This document shows positions 51,152 to 63,844 of a stretch of 64,000 bases of DNA, one piece after another. Source of the DNA: an uncultured delta proteobacterium (GTDB lineage: Bacteria > Desulfobacterota > Desulfomonilia > UBA1062); assembly GCA_963752595.1 (NCBI GenBank), contig CAVVYZ010000006.1, positions 1 through 64,000 of the forward strand, in the 5' to 3' direction. A model generated the notes under the pieces. That model had not been told where the DNA came from. It was given only the letters and a program-made list of their open reading frames with translations, and did not search any database. Both the position numbers and the translations under genes were made by a program. Within the stretch, counting starts at the first letter, position 1. Each line of letters starts with the position of its first letter.

Positions 51152-51955
51152 ATGAACCAGGAACAATCTGCTGCCGGGCATCTCTCATCCATTGCCGAGC
51201 CTGCAGAGGTTGCCGTTATCCTCGGCACCGGCCTCGGCATCATGGAACAATCCATAGCCGTTGAAAAGGCAGTGAACTACCGGGATATCCCCGGGTTTCC
51301 GGTTTCATCGGTCAAGGGCCACTCAGGCAGGCTCCTTTTCGGCACCCTGGGAAAGGCCCGCGTGGTGGTCATGAGCGGGAGGTTCCACCTCTACGAGGGA
51401 TACTCTGCCAGAGAAGTCACCTTCCCCATCAGGGTCTTTTCCCGCATGGGCATCCGCAAGCTCTTTATCTCCAATGCCGCGGGAGGACTGCGGAAGGATC
51501 TGGTCCCGGGCAGCGCCATGCTCATCACCGACCACATGAACCTGACCTTCCGGAACCCCCTTATCGGTCCCAATGACGACACGCTCGGTCCCCGGTTCCC
51601 GATCATGACCGAGCCTTATGCAAACTCCCTGCTCCGGAAGGCTCGGGAGACAGCCAAGGCAGAAGGGATCGACCTGAAAGAAGGGGTGTATGCCCAGATC
51701 CCCGGGCCTTCCCTGGAGACTGCTGCTGAAACGAGGATGCTTCAGAGGCTCGGCGCGGATGCCGTAGGTATGTCAACCGTGATGGAGGTCATCCAGGCAG
51801 TCCATTGCGGCATGGGAGTGCTGGCAATCTCGGCCGTTACCAATCAGAACGATCCGGACCACTACATCCCCACTTCCCTGGAAGATGTCATTGCCATGGC
51901 CGGAAAGGCAGGCCCCAAAATGGTCAAGGTTTTTTCAGGCGTCCTTGAAGGATGA
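51152..51955 (+). CDS. punA: Purine nucleoside phosphorylase (trimeric PNP-I type)
   Basis: ILGTGLG, GRFHLYEG, NAAGG, GPSLETAAE, VGMSTVME, VTN. Confidence 0.9.
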   Translation: MNQEQSAAGHLSSIAEPAEVAVILGTGLGIMEQSIAVEKAVNYRDIPGFPVSSVKGHSGRLLFGTLGKARVVVMSGRFHLYEGYSAREVTFPIRVFSRMGIRKLFISNAAGGLRKDLVPGSAMLITDHMNLTFRNPLIGPNDDTLGPRFPIMTEPYANSLLRKARETAKAEGIDLKEGVYAQIPGPSLETAAETRMLQRLGADAVGMSTVMEVIQAVHCGMGVLAISAVTNQNDPDHYIPTSLEDVIAMAGKAGPKMVKVFSGVLEG

Positions 51956-51976
51956 CGGCCTGAAAAAACCTTGACC
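51922..51976. terminator. Long hairpin between convergent punA and lon
   Basis: Perfect 19-bp inverted repeat GGTCAAGGTTTTTTCAGGC / GCCTGAAAAAACCTTGACC. Confidence 0.55.
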
Positions 51977-52017
51977 TATCGCTTCTGAAGGCTTCTGCCG
52001 GATGTAAAGCCCGGCTT

Positions 52018-54465
52018 TCAGGGGGCTATACGAGCCTCTCCCCTGCTTGCCTGTTTCTTCACACTTGTCCGCTTCGGAGTCGGCGGCTTTGCGCCTCCGC
52101 CTTTTTCTTCGACAAATACCAGCTTGAGCACATCATCCATGGAGCTGACCGGGTGGAACGTAACCTTGTTCTTGACGACCTGAGGAATATCCTCCAGGTC
52201 TTTCTCGTTCTCCTTGGGGATGATAATTTCGAAGATCTTGTTCCTGTGGGCTGCCAATGCCTTTTCCTTCAGCCCGCCGATGGGAAGCACCTTGCCGCGG
52301 AGCGTGATCTCGCCCGTCATGGCGATGTCCTTCCTGACGGCCTTGTTCGTCAACGCGGAGATGACCGCAGTCGCCATGGTTATGCCCGCTGAAGGACCGT
52401 CCTTGGGGATGGCCCCTGCCGGCACATGGATATGTACGTCGTTTTCCCTGGTGAAGCTCGAGGATATACCCAGTTTCTCAGCCCTTGACCTGGCATAGGT
52501 AAGACCCGCCTGGGCTGATTCCTTCATGACGTCTCCGAGCTGACCGGTGAGGACCAGAGCGCCTCCCTTGCCGTCCTGTCCGGGCAGCACCGAGGTCTCG
52601 ATATAGAGGATCTCGCCGCCGTACTGCGTCCAGGCAAGGCCCGTTGCAACGCCCACCTCATGCTCGGTGCGCTCCTGCTCGGGCAGATACTTTTGAACTC
52701 CGAGGTACGAAGAAACGCTGCCCGCAGAAATCCGGTAAACATTCTTACGCTTGGCTTCCTTCTCTGCAATGTCGCGGGCTACCTTGCGGCAGATGGAGCC
52801 GATCTCTCTTTCGAGGTTCCTGACTCCGGCCTCTTTCGTATAATGGTTGATAAGATCGAGGATCGCTTCGTCCGAAAACTTGACATCCTCCATTTTCATC
52901 CCGTTCTCCGTCACCTGCCGCTTGACGAGATATCGTTTGGCGATCTGGAGCTTCTCCTGATCGGTGTAGCCGGGGAGCTCGATGATCTCCATCCTGTCCT
53001 TGAGCGGGCCGGGAATGGGGTCCATGAGGTTTGCCGTGGTGATGAACATGACCCTGGAGAGGTCAAAGGGCACGTTGAGGTAGTGATCCTGGAACGAGAA
53101 GTTCTGCTCGGGGTCCAAGACCTCCAGGAGTGCGGAAGACGGATCGCCGCGATAGTCCTGCCCGATCTTATCCACCTCGTCGATCATGAACACCGGGTTA
53201 TTGGATCCTGCCTGTTTGATGCCCTGGACGATCCTGCCGGGCATTGCACCGATATAGGTGCGCCTGTGGCCCCTGATCTCGGCTTCGTCCCGGACGCCTC
53301 CGATGGAGAGCCGGTAGAACTCTCTGCCCAGCGCCCTGGCAATGGACCTTCCCAGCGAAGTCTTTCCCACGCCCGGAGGCCCCACAAAGCAAAGAATGGC
53401 GCCTTTTTTGTTCGGGTTGAGCTTTCTGACCGCCAGATACTCCAATATCCGCTGCTTTATCTTTTCAAGGCCGTAATGGTCCTCATCGAGGATCTTCGCA
53501 GCCTTTTTGATATCGAGGCTGTCCGGGGTGGAATGGCCCCACGGAAGATCGGTCATCCAGTCGAGATAGGTCCTGATGATATTGGCCTCGGCGGAATCCT
53601 GGTGCATCATCTTCAGCCGTTCGAGCTGCTTCGCGGCCTCTTTCTTCACCTCTTCGGGCATACCGACCTTGTCGATCTTCAGCTGGTAGTCCTCCATCTC
53701 CTTGCCCTTTTCGTCCACCTCGCCGAGTTCCTGCTGGATTGCCCGCAGCTGTTCTCGCAGGAAGTATTCGCGCTGGGTCTTGCTCATCTCTTCCTTTGCC
53801 TGGGACTGAATCCTGGCCTGAACCTCGGAGAGCTCCATCTCCTTGGAAAGGAGCCCGTTGACATGCTTGAGCCGCTCGATGGGATCAATGATCTCCAGCA
53901 CATGCTGGGACTCTTCCACCTTGAGCCTTAAGTTGGATGCCACCAGGTCGGCAAGCCTGCCCGGGTCGTCGATGGCCTCGAGGATGGAGAGCGCATCCGG
54001 AGATACGATTCCCCTCAGCTGCAGAATCCGCTCGGACTGTTCCTTGACCGAACGCATCATTGCCTCGACCTCGACCGTAACTTCCTTGATTTCGGGCTCT
54101 TCGATCTTCTCTATATCGACGGTATAAAACCCGCGGTCATCCTTGTAGAGCTTCAGGACCCTCGCCTTCGCAACACCCTGGACCAGGATCTTGACCCTGC
54201 CGTCCGGGAGCTTGAGCATCCTGATAACCATGGCCACGGTGCCGACGGTATAGATCTGATCTTCCTCCGGCTCCTCGACCGTGGAGTCTTTCTGCGCGGC
54301 AAGGAAGATGTACCTGTCCTTGTTCAAGGCCTCGTCTACCGCTTTTATGGACAATCCCCTGCCCACGAACAACGGCAGGATCATATATGGATATATCACC
54401 ACGTCTCTGATGGGGAGTAATGGGATATTAGTAGGGATATCGATTGCTTGTTTTTCGTTCTCCAT
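52018..54465 (-). CDS. lon: ATP-dependent Lon protease
   Basis: 815 aa intact; [25 protein letters not shown] catalytic Ser, IGGLKEK. Confidence 0.97.
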   Translation of the reverse strand: MENEKQAIDIPTNIPLLPIRDVVIYPYMILPLFVGRGLSIKAVDEALNKDRYIFLAAQKDSTVEEPEEDQIYTVGTVAMVIRMLKLPDGRVKILVQGVAKARVLKLYKDDRGFYTVDIEKIEEPEIKEVTVEVEAMMRSVKEQSERILQLRGIVSPDALSILEAIDDPGRLADLVASNLRLKVEESQHVLEIIDPIERLKHVNGLLSKEMELSEVQARIQSQAKEEMSKTQREYFLREQLRAIQQELGEVDEKGKEMEDYQLKIDKVGMPEEVKKEAAKQLERLKMMHQDSAEANIIRTYLDWMTDLPWGHSTPDSLDIKKAAKILDEDHYGLEKIKQRILEYLAVRKLNPNKKGAILCFVGPPGVGKTSLGRSIARALGREFYRLSIGGVRDEAEIRGHRRTYIGAMPGRIVQGIKQAGSNNPVFMIDEVDKIGQDYRGDPSSALLEVLDPEQNFSFQDHYLNVPFDLSRVMFITTANLMDPIPGPLKDRMEIIELPGYTDQEKLQIAKRYLVKRQVTENGMKMEDVKFSDEAILDLINHYTKEAGVRNLEREIGSICRKVARDIAEKEAKRKNVYRISAGSVSSYLGVQKYLPEQERTEHEVGVATGLAWTQYGGEILYIETSVLPGQDGKGGALVLTGQLGDVMKESAQAGLTYARSRAEKLGISSSFTRENDVHIHVPAGAIPKDGPSAGITMATAVISALTNKAVRKDIAMTGEITLRGKVLPIGGLKEKALAAHRNKIFEIIIPKENEKDLEDIPQVVKNKVTFHPVSSMDDVLKLVFVEEKGGGAKPPTPKRTSVKKQASRGEARIAP

Positions 54466-54476
54466 TCACTGGACTC

Positions 54477-54878
54477 CTATTCTATTGTGATCCGCTTGAT
54501 AAGTTTCGCCTTGTTTTCCGAACGGGCGATCCTGATGATCAGGATACCATCAGAGAATCCGGCATCCACCTTCTCCAGATCGAATATTTCGGGAATATCC
54601 ATTTCCCGTCTGAATTTTCCAAATCCCCTCTCCATTCTAATGTAACGAACACCTTTGTTCACTAAAGGATCACGCTTCATGCCGGCAATGACCAGGGTCC
54701 TGCCGACGACTTCAACATTCACTTCATCAGGGTTGACTCCCGGAATTTCGAGCTCGATGCACAGTGCATCAGCGTTCTCGTACACATCCAGCGAAGGATA
54801 GCAGACACCGAGCCTGTCTTCACTGTTCTCCGGTCCGAGCAGAAACCCCACCATTTCCTGGAATTTCAGATTGAACAT
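54477..54878 (-). CDS. Hsp20/alpha-crystallin small heat-shock protein
   Basis: PSLDVYE, EIPGV, MERGFGKFRR, A.FSDGIL; upstream of lon. Confidence 0.9.
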   Translation of the reverse strand: MFNLKFQEMVGFLLGPENSEDRLGVCYPSLDVYENADALCIELEIPGVNPDEVNVEVVGRTLVIAGMKRDPLVNKGVRYIRMERGFGKFRREMDIPEIFDLEKVDAGFSDGILIIRIARSENKAKLIKRITIE

Positions 54879-55081
54879 AGGTCCTTCCCTTATAATGTAT
54901 TACACACTTAGTACCTTTATAGGATCAGGTCACATTAAGTCAAGGCCTCATGAATCAAGGATACTGTTCAGTTCATCGGCCGCCAATCTCTGAAAAGTTA
55001 ACACTTTTTTTCGGGTCTTGCAAACCGGGTGTGTTCACTGTCCGATGCGCCGGGAAAAGGCGACTCCTCCGGAGCATTTTG

Positions 55082-56092
55082 TCAGCATATCCTCGGGATC
55101 AGCTCGCCCACGGGCATGTCGATCTCGCGGGAGCCGCCTACTGCGGTATGGAGGATCACCCTCTTTTCTCCCAATTCCGTGACTTCCCCGATAATGGATG
55201 CATCATGACCGTATATATGACTCTTCATGAACGAGAGGACATCGGAAGCGTCTTCCCGCGCACAGATCACCACCATTTTCCCCTCATTAGCTATGTAAAG
55301 CGGGTCCATGCCGAGGATCTCGCACAGCCCTCTCACCTCATCCTTAACCGGAATGTCCTTCTCCCGGATTTCTATGCGAACCGCTGCTCCTTTAGCAATC
55401 TCGGACAGGATGGAACCCAGCCCTCCCCGCGTTGCATCGCGCATGAAATGGATGCGTGAGCTTGTTTTCAGGATCCCTTCCACGAGCCCGCCCAGGGATG
55501 CGCAGTCCGATGTAAGCGTGGAAGACAATCCCAAGCCTTCGCGTGTGCTCAAGATCGCAGCGCCGTGGTCGCCGATGGTCCCGTTCAGGATGATCACATC
55601 CCCCTTCTCGATGCTCCGCAGGGATATCTCGCCCTCATAATCGATGATGCCCACGCAAGAAGTATTTATGAAGATCTTGTCCGCCGAGCCCCGTGCAACC
55701 ACCTTGGTGTCTCCGGTCACGATCTTTACGCCTGCAGCATCTGCCGTATCGGCCATGGACCGGATGATGGTCTCCAGATCGCTCATCTTAAAGCCCTCTT
55801 CCAGGATAAAACCTGCGCTCATGAACAGCGGCTTGCCTCCGGAGACGGCGATGTCATTGACTGTCCCGTGTACCGAGAGAGATCCGATATTCCCTCCGGG
55901 GAAAAAGACGGGGTTGATCACGTAGGAATCCGTGGTAAAACACAGGCGCTTTCCCCCGAGATCAAACACCGCGCTGTCTCCCAGTACCTCCAGATACGTG
56001 TTTCCAAGGTACGGAAGAAACTTGCATTCAATGAGGTCGCTCGTAAGCCTTCCTCCGCTTCCGTGTGCAAGGAGAATCTCTTCATACTTCAT
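55082..56092 (-). CDS. hypE: Hydrogenase maturation protein HypE
   Basis: LAHGSGG, TTDSYV, GTVNDIA, GDTKVV, MRDATRGG, ANEG, C-terminal PRIC. Confidence 0.97.
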   Translation of the reverse strand: MKYEEILLAHGSGGRLTSDLIECKFLPYLGNTYLEVLGDSAVFDLGGKRLCFTTDSYVINPVFFPGGNIGSLSVHGTVNDIAVSGGKPLFMSAGFILEEGFKMSDLETIIRSMADTADAAGVKIVTGDTKVVARGSADKIFINTSCVGIIDYEGEISLRSIEKGDVIILNGTIGDHGAAILSTREGLGLSSTLTSDCASLGGLVEGILKTSSRIHFMRDATRGGLGSILSEIAKGAAVRIEIREKDIPVKDEVRGLCEILGMDPLYIANEGKMVVICAREDASDVLSFMKSHIYGHDASIIGEVTELGEKRVILHTAVGGSREIDMPVGELIPRIC

Positions 56093-56194
56093 GCCGTTTA
56101 CCTTCAAGCATAATTTTCTTGTCTTTTATATTGTTGCGATTGCAATTACAAAGCAGTTTTTCCAAAAATCCTTGCTGACTCCAAAAATCCTGCT

Positions 56195-58465
56195 CTACCC
56201 GGCCACGGTCCCGGCAACAAGCACCTGGCCGAGCGAAATGCCTCCGTCGTTGGTAGGAACAAGGTGATGGGTGTAGACATCGAATCCCTTGAGATCCAGC
56301 TCGGTGATGCACCCATAGAGGAGCAGCCTGTTCTGGAAGCACCCCCCGGAGAGGACCACGCGGTTCAAGCCCGTGGCATCCCGTATCTCCTGGGCGACCT
56401 TCACGAATGACTGCACGAGGGTCGCATGGAAGGCGCCTGCGAGGTCGCTGACCCGCCTTCCCCTGATACGGTCCTCTACCAGCCTTCTGATGGCAGGGTA
56501 AAAGTCCAGGATGATCTCCCTGTCCATGAGTATGTCATAGGGAAGGGCTTTGGATGATGCACGGGCGCACGCTTCGAGCTCCATGGCCGCCTGGCCCTCA
56601 TAGCTCACCTGGCGCCGTATGCCCAGCAGGCAGGAGACTGCATCGAATACCCTGCCCAGGCTGGAGGTGAATACGGTCTGTATCTTCTGGCGCACGACAG
56701 CCTCCATCGATTCATAGGGAATATGCTCCGGAAGGATATGGAGGGCTTCCGCCATGCGGCTCCAATCGTCTTCGAAACATTCCATGAGCAGCGCTGCGGC
56801 CACCCTCCAGGGCTGCTTTACCGCTGCATCACCGCCGGGCAGCGGGAAATATCTGATGTGTCCGGCCCGCTGGAAGTCCGCTTCATCCGCCACGAGGAAC
56901 TCGCCGCCCCAGATGCGCCTGTCCAGCCCGTAGCCCGTCCCGTCCATGGCAAGGCCGATGACGTCGCCCGTGATCCTGTTCTCTGCCATGCAGCTCGCAA
57001 TGTGGGCATGGTGGTGCTGGACCTGGACCACCCGCCTCTCCATCTGGGAGGCTACCCGCGTGGAATAGTAATCCGGGTGCATATCGCAGGCAACGATATC
57101 CGGGTCGCACTGGAAGATGTGCCGTAAGGTCGCAATGCTCTCGTGAAAGAAATCCCTGGCCAGGGGTGTCTCCAGATCGCCGATATGCGGGCTCAAGAAG
57201 GCGAAATCGCCTTTCAGGATGCAGACGGTGGACTTGAGATGAGCGCCGAGCGCCAAGTACGGACGGATACTGCTTCAGAAGCGCCAGAGGCTTCGGGGCA
57301 TAGCCCCGGGAGCGCCTCAGGAGCCGCTGCGCGCCATGCGCGACCATGGTGATGGAGTCGTCGCACCTCACCAGGATGTCCCGGTTGTGAAAAAGAAAAA
57401 AATCGGCAATGCCTTTCAAGCCTTTTCACGGCTTCATCGTTGCCGATGCAGATGGGTTCGTCCGTCTGGTTTGCGCTCGTCATGACCAGTGCCGTGAAAC
57501 CTCCCTGAATCAGGATATGGTGTACCGGCGTATAGGGGAGCATGATGCCGAGGCCGGCCATGCCCGGCGCCACGAGGGAAGATATGGAGCTGCCCTTTTT
57601 CTTCTTCACGAGCACGATGGGCCGTCGGCGGTGGCCAGGAGCCTTCTCCTCCTCGGAGTTTATCTCTGCGAGCGCCCGTGCCCGGTCGATGTCTTTGCAC
57701 CATGATGGCAAGCGGCTTTTCCTCCCGGTACTTCCGTTTTCTCAGCCTGCTCAATGCTTCCGAGTTCGCTGCATCCGCACAGAGATGGAAGCCGCCGAGC
57801 CCCTTGACGGCAACGATGATCCCTGCCTTGAGGAGCTCGATGGTCTTTTCAAGGGGTCCGGGCAACGATCCGTGATCCTTTCCCATCGGCCAGCCAGAGT
57901 TCAGGACCGCACGCCGGGCATGCATTGGGCTCGGCATGGAACCGCCTGTTGCCCGGGTCTTCATATTCCTCCCGGCATTTCTCGCACAGAGGGAAAACGG
58001 CCATGGAGGTGTTTATCCGGTCATAGGGGATGTCCCGTGATGATGGTGAGCCTGGGGCCGCAGTTCGGTGCAGTTGATAAAAGGATAGCGGTAGCGCCGG
58101 TCGCGGGATCGAAGAGCTCCTGCAGGCACTCATCGCAGGTGGCGATGTCCGGTGAGATGTGAACATCCGGCCTGCCCGTGATCAGAGCTCGCCATGATCC
58201 GGAACAGACTTCTTCCCTGACGGGTTCGGCATCTCCTTGTAGACATTCGTAGATTTCGGCAAGGGGCGGCAGTTCTGGCCGACTTCCCGGTACATGAATG
58301 CCTCGATGGCCTTACCGCTGCCCCTGCGATCTCGACGAACACGCCTTCGGAGCGGTTCTGCACAAAGCCGGCGAGCCCATGGGCAACGGCCAGGCGGTAG
58401 ATGAACGGCCGGAAGCCCACCCCCTGGACGATCCCGGAAAATCGGAGACGAGTCCTTTTGATCAC
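56195..58465 (-). CDS. hypF: Carbamoyltransferase HypF, frameshifted
   Basis: [62 protein letters not shown]. Confidence 0.95.
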
Positions 58466-59137
58466 ACGTTACTTTTCTTGAATTCCTCGATCTGTGCTGC
58501 AATCCACGCGAACCATCCTTCAAGACCATCGCCGGTCTTGCAGGACACCTCGAAGATCTTAAGATCCTGATTGATGACTCGAGGGCATCCGCCCTGGCCT
58601 TTTCCAGATCGAAATCCACATACGGCATAAGGTCCATCTTGTTGATGAGCAGCACCGAAGATTCATGGAACATGAGCGGATACTTGGATGGCTTGTCCGC
58701 CCCTTCGGGGGTGGAAAGGATCATGATCTTGGCATTTTCGCCGATCTTGAACTCGGCCGGGCACACGAGGTTTCCCACGTTCTCGTTGATGAGCAGGTCC
58801 ATCGCGTCGAGATCGAGGTCGGCCAGGGCTTCCCGGACCATGTTCGGCGTCGATGTGGCAGCCGCCGCCGGTATTGATCTGGACCACAGGGATATCCAGA
58901 GCCGGCGATCCGGTCCGCATCATAGGTATCCTGGATATCGCCTTCGATCACGCCGATCCGGTATTCTGTCCCTGCAGCGCCCAGATGGTCTTCTCCACCA
59001 GGGTGGTCTTGCCCGCGCCCGGGCGAGCTCATGAGGTTGATCACGAAGATGCCTTTTCTGTCGAACAGCTTCCGGTTCTCGTTCGCTATCCGGTCATTGG
59101 CATCGAGGACCTGTTTCACCACACTGATCTTAGCCAT
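58462..59137 (-). CDS. hypB: Hydrogenase nickel-insertion GTPase HypB, frameshifted
   Basis: NLMSSPG, IEGD, INTGGGCH, ENVGNLVCPAEF, DKPSKYP. Confidence 0.95.
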
Positions 59138-59150
59138 GGTTCTACCTCCG

Positions 59151-60252
59151 TCAGTGGCACTTGTAATAAGTGGAGCAGGTCCCCTCCTGGGAAACCATGC
59201 AGGGGCCGACGGGATTTCTGCGGCGTGCATGCACTTCCTGAACAGCGGGCATTCGAGGGGACTCGACCATGCCCTTGAGGATCTCGCCGCACCTGCAGCC
59301 CTTGTCTTCGCTGATGCGAAATCGGGGATCATCGAACCGGGGCTGGCGCGTCGAAATCCCGGTATTCCTCCCGGAAAATCAGCCCGCTCCCTTCTATGAC
59401 GCCCGATCCCCCGCCACTCGGCACGGGCCGGCATGAAGACCTCATCCAGCAGGGCCATGGCCTTGGCGTTGCCCTGCAGGGCTCACCCCCCGGCAGTACT
59501 GGTTCTCGATGGAAAATTCATGCCCGGCAATCTGGTCGAGGATCATGAGGATGCCCTCGAGGATATCCACGGGCTCGAACCCGGTGATGACCGCTGCCTT
59601 GCCCTGCTCCGGGATGGCTGCGTAAGCGCCGAAGCCGATGATGGTGCTCACGTGGCCGGGGCACAAGAAAGCCGTCCACGGCAAGCCCGGGTCGTCCAGC
59701 AGGGCCTTGATGGCCGGTGGAATGACCTTGTGCACCGAAAACACGGAAAGGTTTTCAATGCCCTTTTCTCTGCACGTCTTGACCATGGAGGCGATGGTGG
59801 GAGAGGTCGTCTCGAACCCGATGCCCATGAACACGACCTCCCTGTCGGGGTTGGTCCTGGCAATCTCGATGCGTGTCCGGGGCGGAGGAAACCACCCGCA
59901 CGTCGGCGCCCTGCGGCCCGGACCTTCTGGAGGCTGTTACCGTCGGTACCGGGGACTCGGAGCATGTCTCCGAAGGTGGCGAAGATGACGCTCTTTGATG
60001 CCTGCAAGGTAGAGCGCCACATCGACATCCCGGCCCGAGGTGACGCAGACCGGGCAGCCCGGTCCGGAAATGAGCCTGACGGATTCCGGCAGGAGCAGGA
60101 CCTGATCCCGTTATGTCCTATGGCATAGGTGTGGCTGCCGCAGACTTCCATGATGGTTACCGGGCGGTTGCTATCCTTGGCCCGGGCTTTGATTGCTGCA
60201 ACCAGCGTGCTGCGATATCTGGGTCGCGGTACTCGTCAATGAATCATTTCAT
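59151..60252 (-). CDS. hypD: Hydrogenase maturation protein HypD, frameshifted
   Basis: MEVCGSHT, TFGDMLRVPG, GIGFETTSP, PGHVS, ITGFEP. Confidence 0.95.
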
Positions 60253-60473
60253 TGCTCTCCAGCAGTTCTTTCAGCAGGTCGAGCTTTTCCTTGGCCAGTG
60301 CTTCATCCACCTGGTGGATGGCATAACCGGCATGGCAGATGACGTAATCGCCGATGCACCACCGGTTCGTCAATGATGTCCAGGCATGACCTCCCGCTTG
60401 GTGCCGCCGATATCGATGACGGCATGGTTATTTCATCGATGGATAAGATCTTTCCGGGAAATCCGATGCACAT
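60249..60473 (-). CDS. hypC: Hydrogenase chaperone HypC, frameshifted
   Basis: MCIGFPG..DIGGTKR..GDYVICHAGYAI. Confidence 0.9.
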
Positions 60474-60512
60474 TTGTTTATTCCTTGTTACAGCTGTTCT
60501 CCTGAATCCGGA

Positions 60513-60863
60513 CTAGTCCACATCCATTTCCAGGAGCTTCAGCTCCTCTGTACCCTGCCGTCAGGATCACTTCACTCGACCCGCATCCAGGCACGGACAG
60601 GGGGAAGGATAGTCCCACAATCGATTCCTGGTCGCAGTCCAGACAGCTGATGACAATGGGCTGTATCATCGAACTCGAGGCTCGCCCCCTGGGCAGGCGT
60701 ATTCCTGGACAGCACCTCGAAGGCAAATCTCAGCGCCTTCGGCTCGATGCCGCGAGCGCCCCGAAGGAGAGCGTCAACGCTATTCACCCGCGAGAAGGGA
60801 TGCTTGCACAGCATAATCCTGTACGATATCGATGATGGAGCCGACGAGCGACATCTCATGCAT
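60513..60863 (-). CDS. hypA: Hydrogenase nickel metallochaperone HypA, frameshifted
   Basis: MHEMSLV, IEPKALRFAFEVL, CLDC. Confidence 0.9.
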
Positions 60864-61370
60864 CAGGTCATCTCTTGCACATTCACTTTGAGCCTTTCAA
60901 GCTCTTTTAGAAGGAGCGTTTCCATCTTGTTGAAGGAAGCGTTCATCAGGGGCGTCATCTCCAGCTCCATTGCCACCATAACTCTCGGGCACGATACAGA
61001 GGAATACCACCTCCGGGCATTCGTCCATGAGCTCGGCCATGGAGAGCACATCGGGAAACTCCACCTCATGGGCCGTGGTGGGGTCGGGCATCCTGAGCTC
61101 CATTTCCTCTCGGTTGAAGCGGTACATAGCTCCCGGCTCTTCATCCATCTTGATGACATCGATGACAATGAGATGACTCGAGCTGGTGACCGTATCCAGG
61201 AGCCGGTATCCCAGCGTGCCCCCATCCAGGATCGCGCACGTCATCAGTCCACCCGGTATTTCGCCGGCAAACCAGTTGACGAAGTGGACCCCGAACCCTT
61301 CGTCCCGGAGCAGGATATTGCCGAGTCCCAATACGGTTATCTTCTTCTTTTCCTGTATATCAATCATCAT
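60863..61370 (-). CDS. Hydrogenase maturation endopeptidase (HyaD/HybD family), frameshifted
   Basis: VLGLGNILLRDEGFGVH, LDGGTLG, TAHEV. Confidence 0.92.
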
Positions 61371-61383
61371 AGCATGGTGCACA

Positions 61384-61446
61384 AAGAGGGGAAAGGTTTC
61401 GCCTTTCCCCCTCTTATCTAACAAACCATGGGGTGGATTGCACCCC
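61384..61446 (-). terminator. Two stem-loops between hydrogenase structural and maturation genes
   Basis: AAGAGGGGAAAGG-tttcg-CCTTTCCCCCTCTT (61384-61415) and GGGGTG..CACCCC (about 61429-61446). Confidence 0.5.
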
Positions 61447-61455
61447 TGATTACGG

Positions 61456-62138
61456 TTAATCGTGCGGCTTCCGGAAAACCCTTCCGCTCACCATGGATGA
61501 GATGGTGCCTTCCTTGAACACGACGTCATACCAGAACGCCATGTAGACATGCACGACCACGAACAGGATGACGAGCCAGGTGAACATGTGATGGATGAAC
61601 CGGATCGTTTGCCAGCCCGCCGAGGATATTCTGCAGCGGCATGACAGCAGCCAGTAGGACGGTCCCGATGAAGCCGCTGCTGTAATCCACCCCGGAAGAA
61701 TCAGCCCGGTGACCACCAGCACCAGCAGCATGAGCATCAGCCCGCCATAGGCGAGCGACTGCAGCGGGCCGTAGAGGTATTTATGCTCCGGGCTTCTTCT
61801 CCGATATCAGCAGGTAGAACTTGATCTGGGTCCAGAAGTTCTTGATATCGGTCCAGGCGAAGAAATCCTTCCAGTCGGCATGGAACCGGGAGAAGAACAT
61901 GAGGTAGATCCTCCAGATGAACATAAAGATGAGGATGATCCCGAAGAGCATATGCACAAAGCGGGTATATGCCCATCAGGAACTTATCGATCGGTTCTCG
62001 CCCTGCAGATGCCACGGTGAAAAGGGTCTGTGCGATATAGAAACCGGTGATGATCAGGACAGGATGGAGATGACCATCAGCCAGTGATTGACCCTGATTG
62101 CCAGGCTCCATTCTTTTATTGCGTAATCTCGTATCCAC
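61456..62138 (-). CDS. Ni/Fe-hydrogenase b-type cytochrome subunit, frameshifted
   Basis: RVNHW, VLIITGFYI, YGPLQSLAY, RFIHHMFTW..HVYMA..TISSMVSG. Confidence 0.92.
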
Positions 62139-62156
62139 GTCAGCCCTCCTTATCGC

Positions 62157-63832
62157 TTACAGAACCTTGAATTTCTTGATCTCGTCCGTATCGGGTCTGA
62201 TGATGTGCACGGCGCAGGCCATGCAGGGGTCAAAGGAGTGAATCGTCCTGATGATCTCAAGCGGCTGGTCCGCATTGGCAAGCTTGGTGCCGATGAGGGA
62301 TTCCTCGTAGGGTCCCCGCTTGCCGTCCTTGTTGCGCGGCGAGCTGTTCCAGGTGGAGGGAACGATGGCCTGGTAGTTGGCGATCACGTGGTCTTCGATA
62401 TTGATCCAGTGGCCCAGGGCGCCGCGGGCACTTCGGTCATGCCGCGGCCCTTGCCCTGCTTTGGGCACGTCGCAGCGGGTCCAGGTCGTGGTATCGCCGG
62501 CCTTGATGTTGGCGATGAGCTCATTGATCCAGCGCTCGGTATAGTCGGCCACCAGCTTGGTCTCGAGGGCGCGGGCAGCGGTCCTTCCCAGGGTGGAGAA
62601 GAGGACGGTGACCGGCAGACCTGTTGCCTTCAGGGTGTTGTCCACCAGCGCCTTGATCTTCTTGTGGCCCTGGGCATAGCCGACGATGAACCGGGCAAGC
62701 GGGCCCGACTTCTAAGGGTTCCCCGTCATAGCGCGGGGCCTTGCCCCAGGTGTATTTCTCATCGCCCTTGACATTGCCGTTCGCGTCATAGCCCGTATAT
62801 TCGGGCTCGGTTTTGCCCTCATAGGGATGCAGCGGCTCTATCACCCTTGTACCAGGAATGGGTGACTTCTTCGGCGATCTTGTTCTCGTCAAGGGCCAGC
62901 GGCTTCGAAATATCGCCGTTCTTGACCACGCCCCTGGGCAGCAGGGTCTTGTTCCAGTCGTCATCCAGCGGGAACCCGCCGTAGGCCAGATAATTCTTCA
63001 CGCCGCCGCCGATGCCGGCCAGGCCTTCATCCTTGTAGAGGCTGCAGCAGGAGGACGTCGGGCAGATATGCGGTCTCGATGAAATTCTTGAGTTCATTGA
63101 ACCGGAAGAGGTATTCGCCGATGCGGCTGGCGTCAAGCATGTCCATGACGCAGGTGATGCCGCCCACCACCAGGGTCTGCGGATGGGGGTTCTTGCCGCC
63201 GAAAATGGCCATCATCTGTGCGCCGAGCTTGGAGACCTGCAAGGGCATCGAGGTAATGGGACATGATGACGAGATTTGCCTCGGGCGACAGCTTGAAGGA
63301 AGGATTGCCCCAGTAGGCATTGGCAAAGGGTCCGAGCCTGCCGGACTCGACGAACTTTTTCAGCCGCTTCTGTACGGCCTTGTAGTGGGTCTCGGAGCAG
63401 TTGTAGGGGTTGTCGCTGTACGCTCTTGGCAAGCTCCACGGCCTTTTTCGGGTCGGCTGACAGGGCCTGATGATATCCACCCAGTCGAGCCCATGCAGAT
63501 GATAGAAGTGCATGACGTGGTCGGTCATGTACTGGGCTGCATTGATGAGGTTTCGCACGAGCCGCGCATTGGCCGGCGGCCTTGACGCCGAAGGCGTCTT
63601 CGCAGGCAAGGATGCTCGCCTCGTAGTGCGAATAGGTGCACACGCCGCAGAAGCGCTGGACCATGAGGCGGCGCATCCCGCGGGTCGCGGCCCTTCACGA
63701 TGGTCTCGATGCCGCGCCACAGCGTGATGCTGCTCCAGGCATCCTTGATGGTATTGTTGTTGTCGAGTTCGACTTCGATACGCAGATGGCCTTCGATTCT
63801 GGTGATCGGATCAACGATGATTCTCTTGCCAT
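62157..63832 (-). CDS. Group 1 [NiFe]-hydrogenase large subunit, frameshifted
   Basis: [12 protein letters not shown]1 [35 protein letters not shown]2 [11 protein letters not shown] plus cleavable tail. Confidence 0.95.
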
Positions 63833-63844
63833 ACGTTTTCCTCC

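Noticed and set aside
51152-51955. Methylthioadenosine phosphorylase linked to polyamine synthesis
   Set aside because: Motifs fit PNP-I, and the CASDH/CASDC route does not produce MTA
52660-53931. 423-aa plus-strand ORF
   Set aside because: Antisense shadow of lon caused by codon bias
62157-62260. [NiFeSe] hydrogenase
   Set aside because: L2 motif reads DPCMAC with Cys codons and no in-frame TGA
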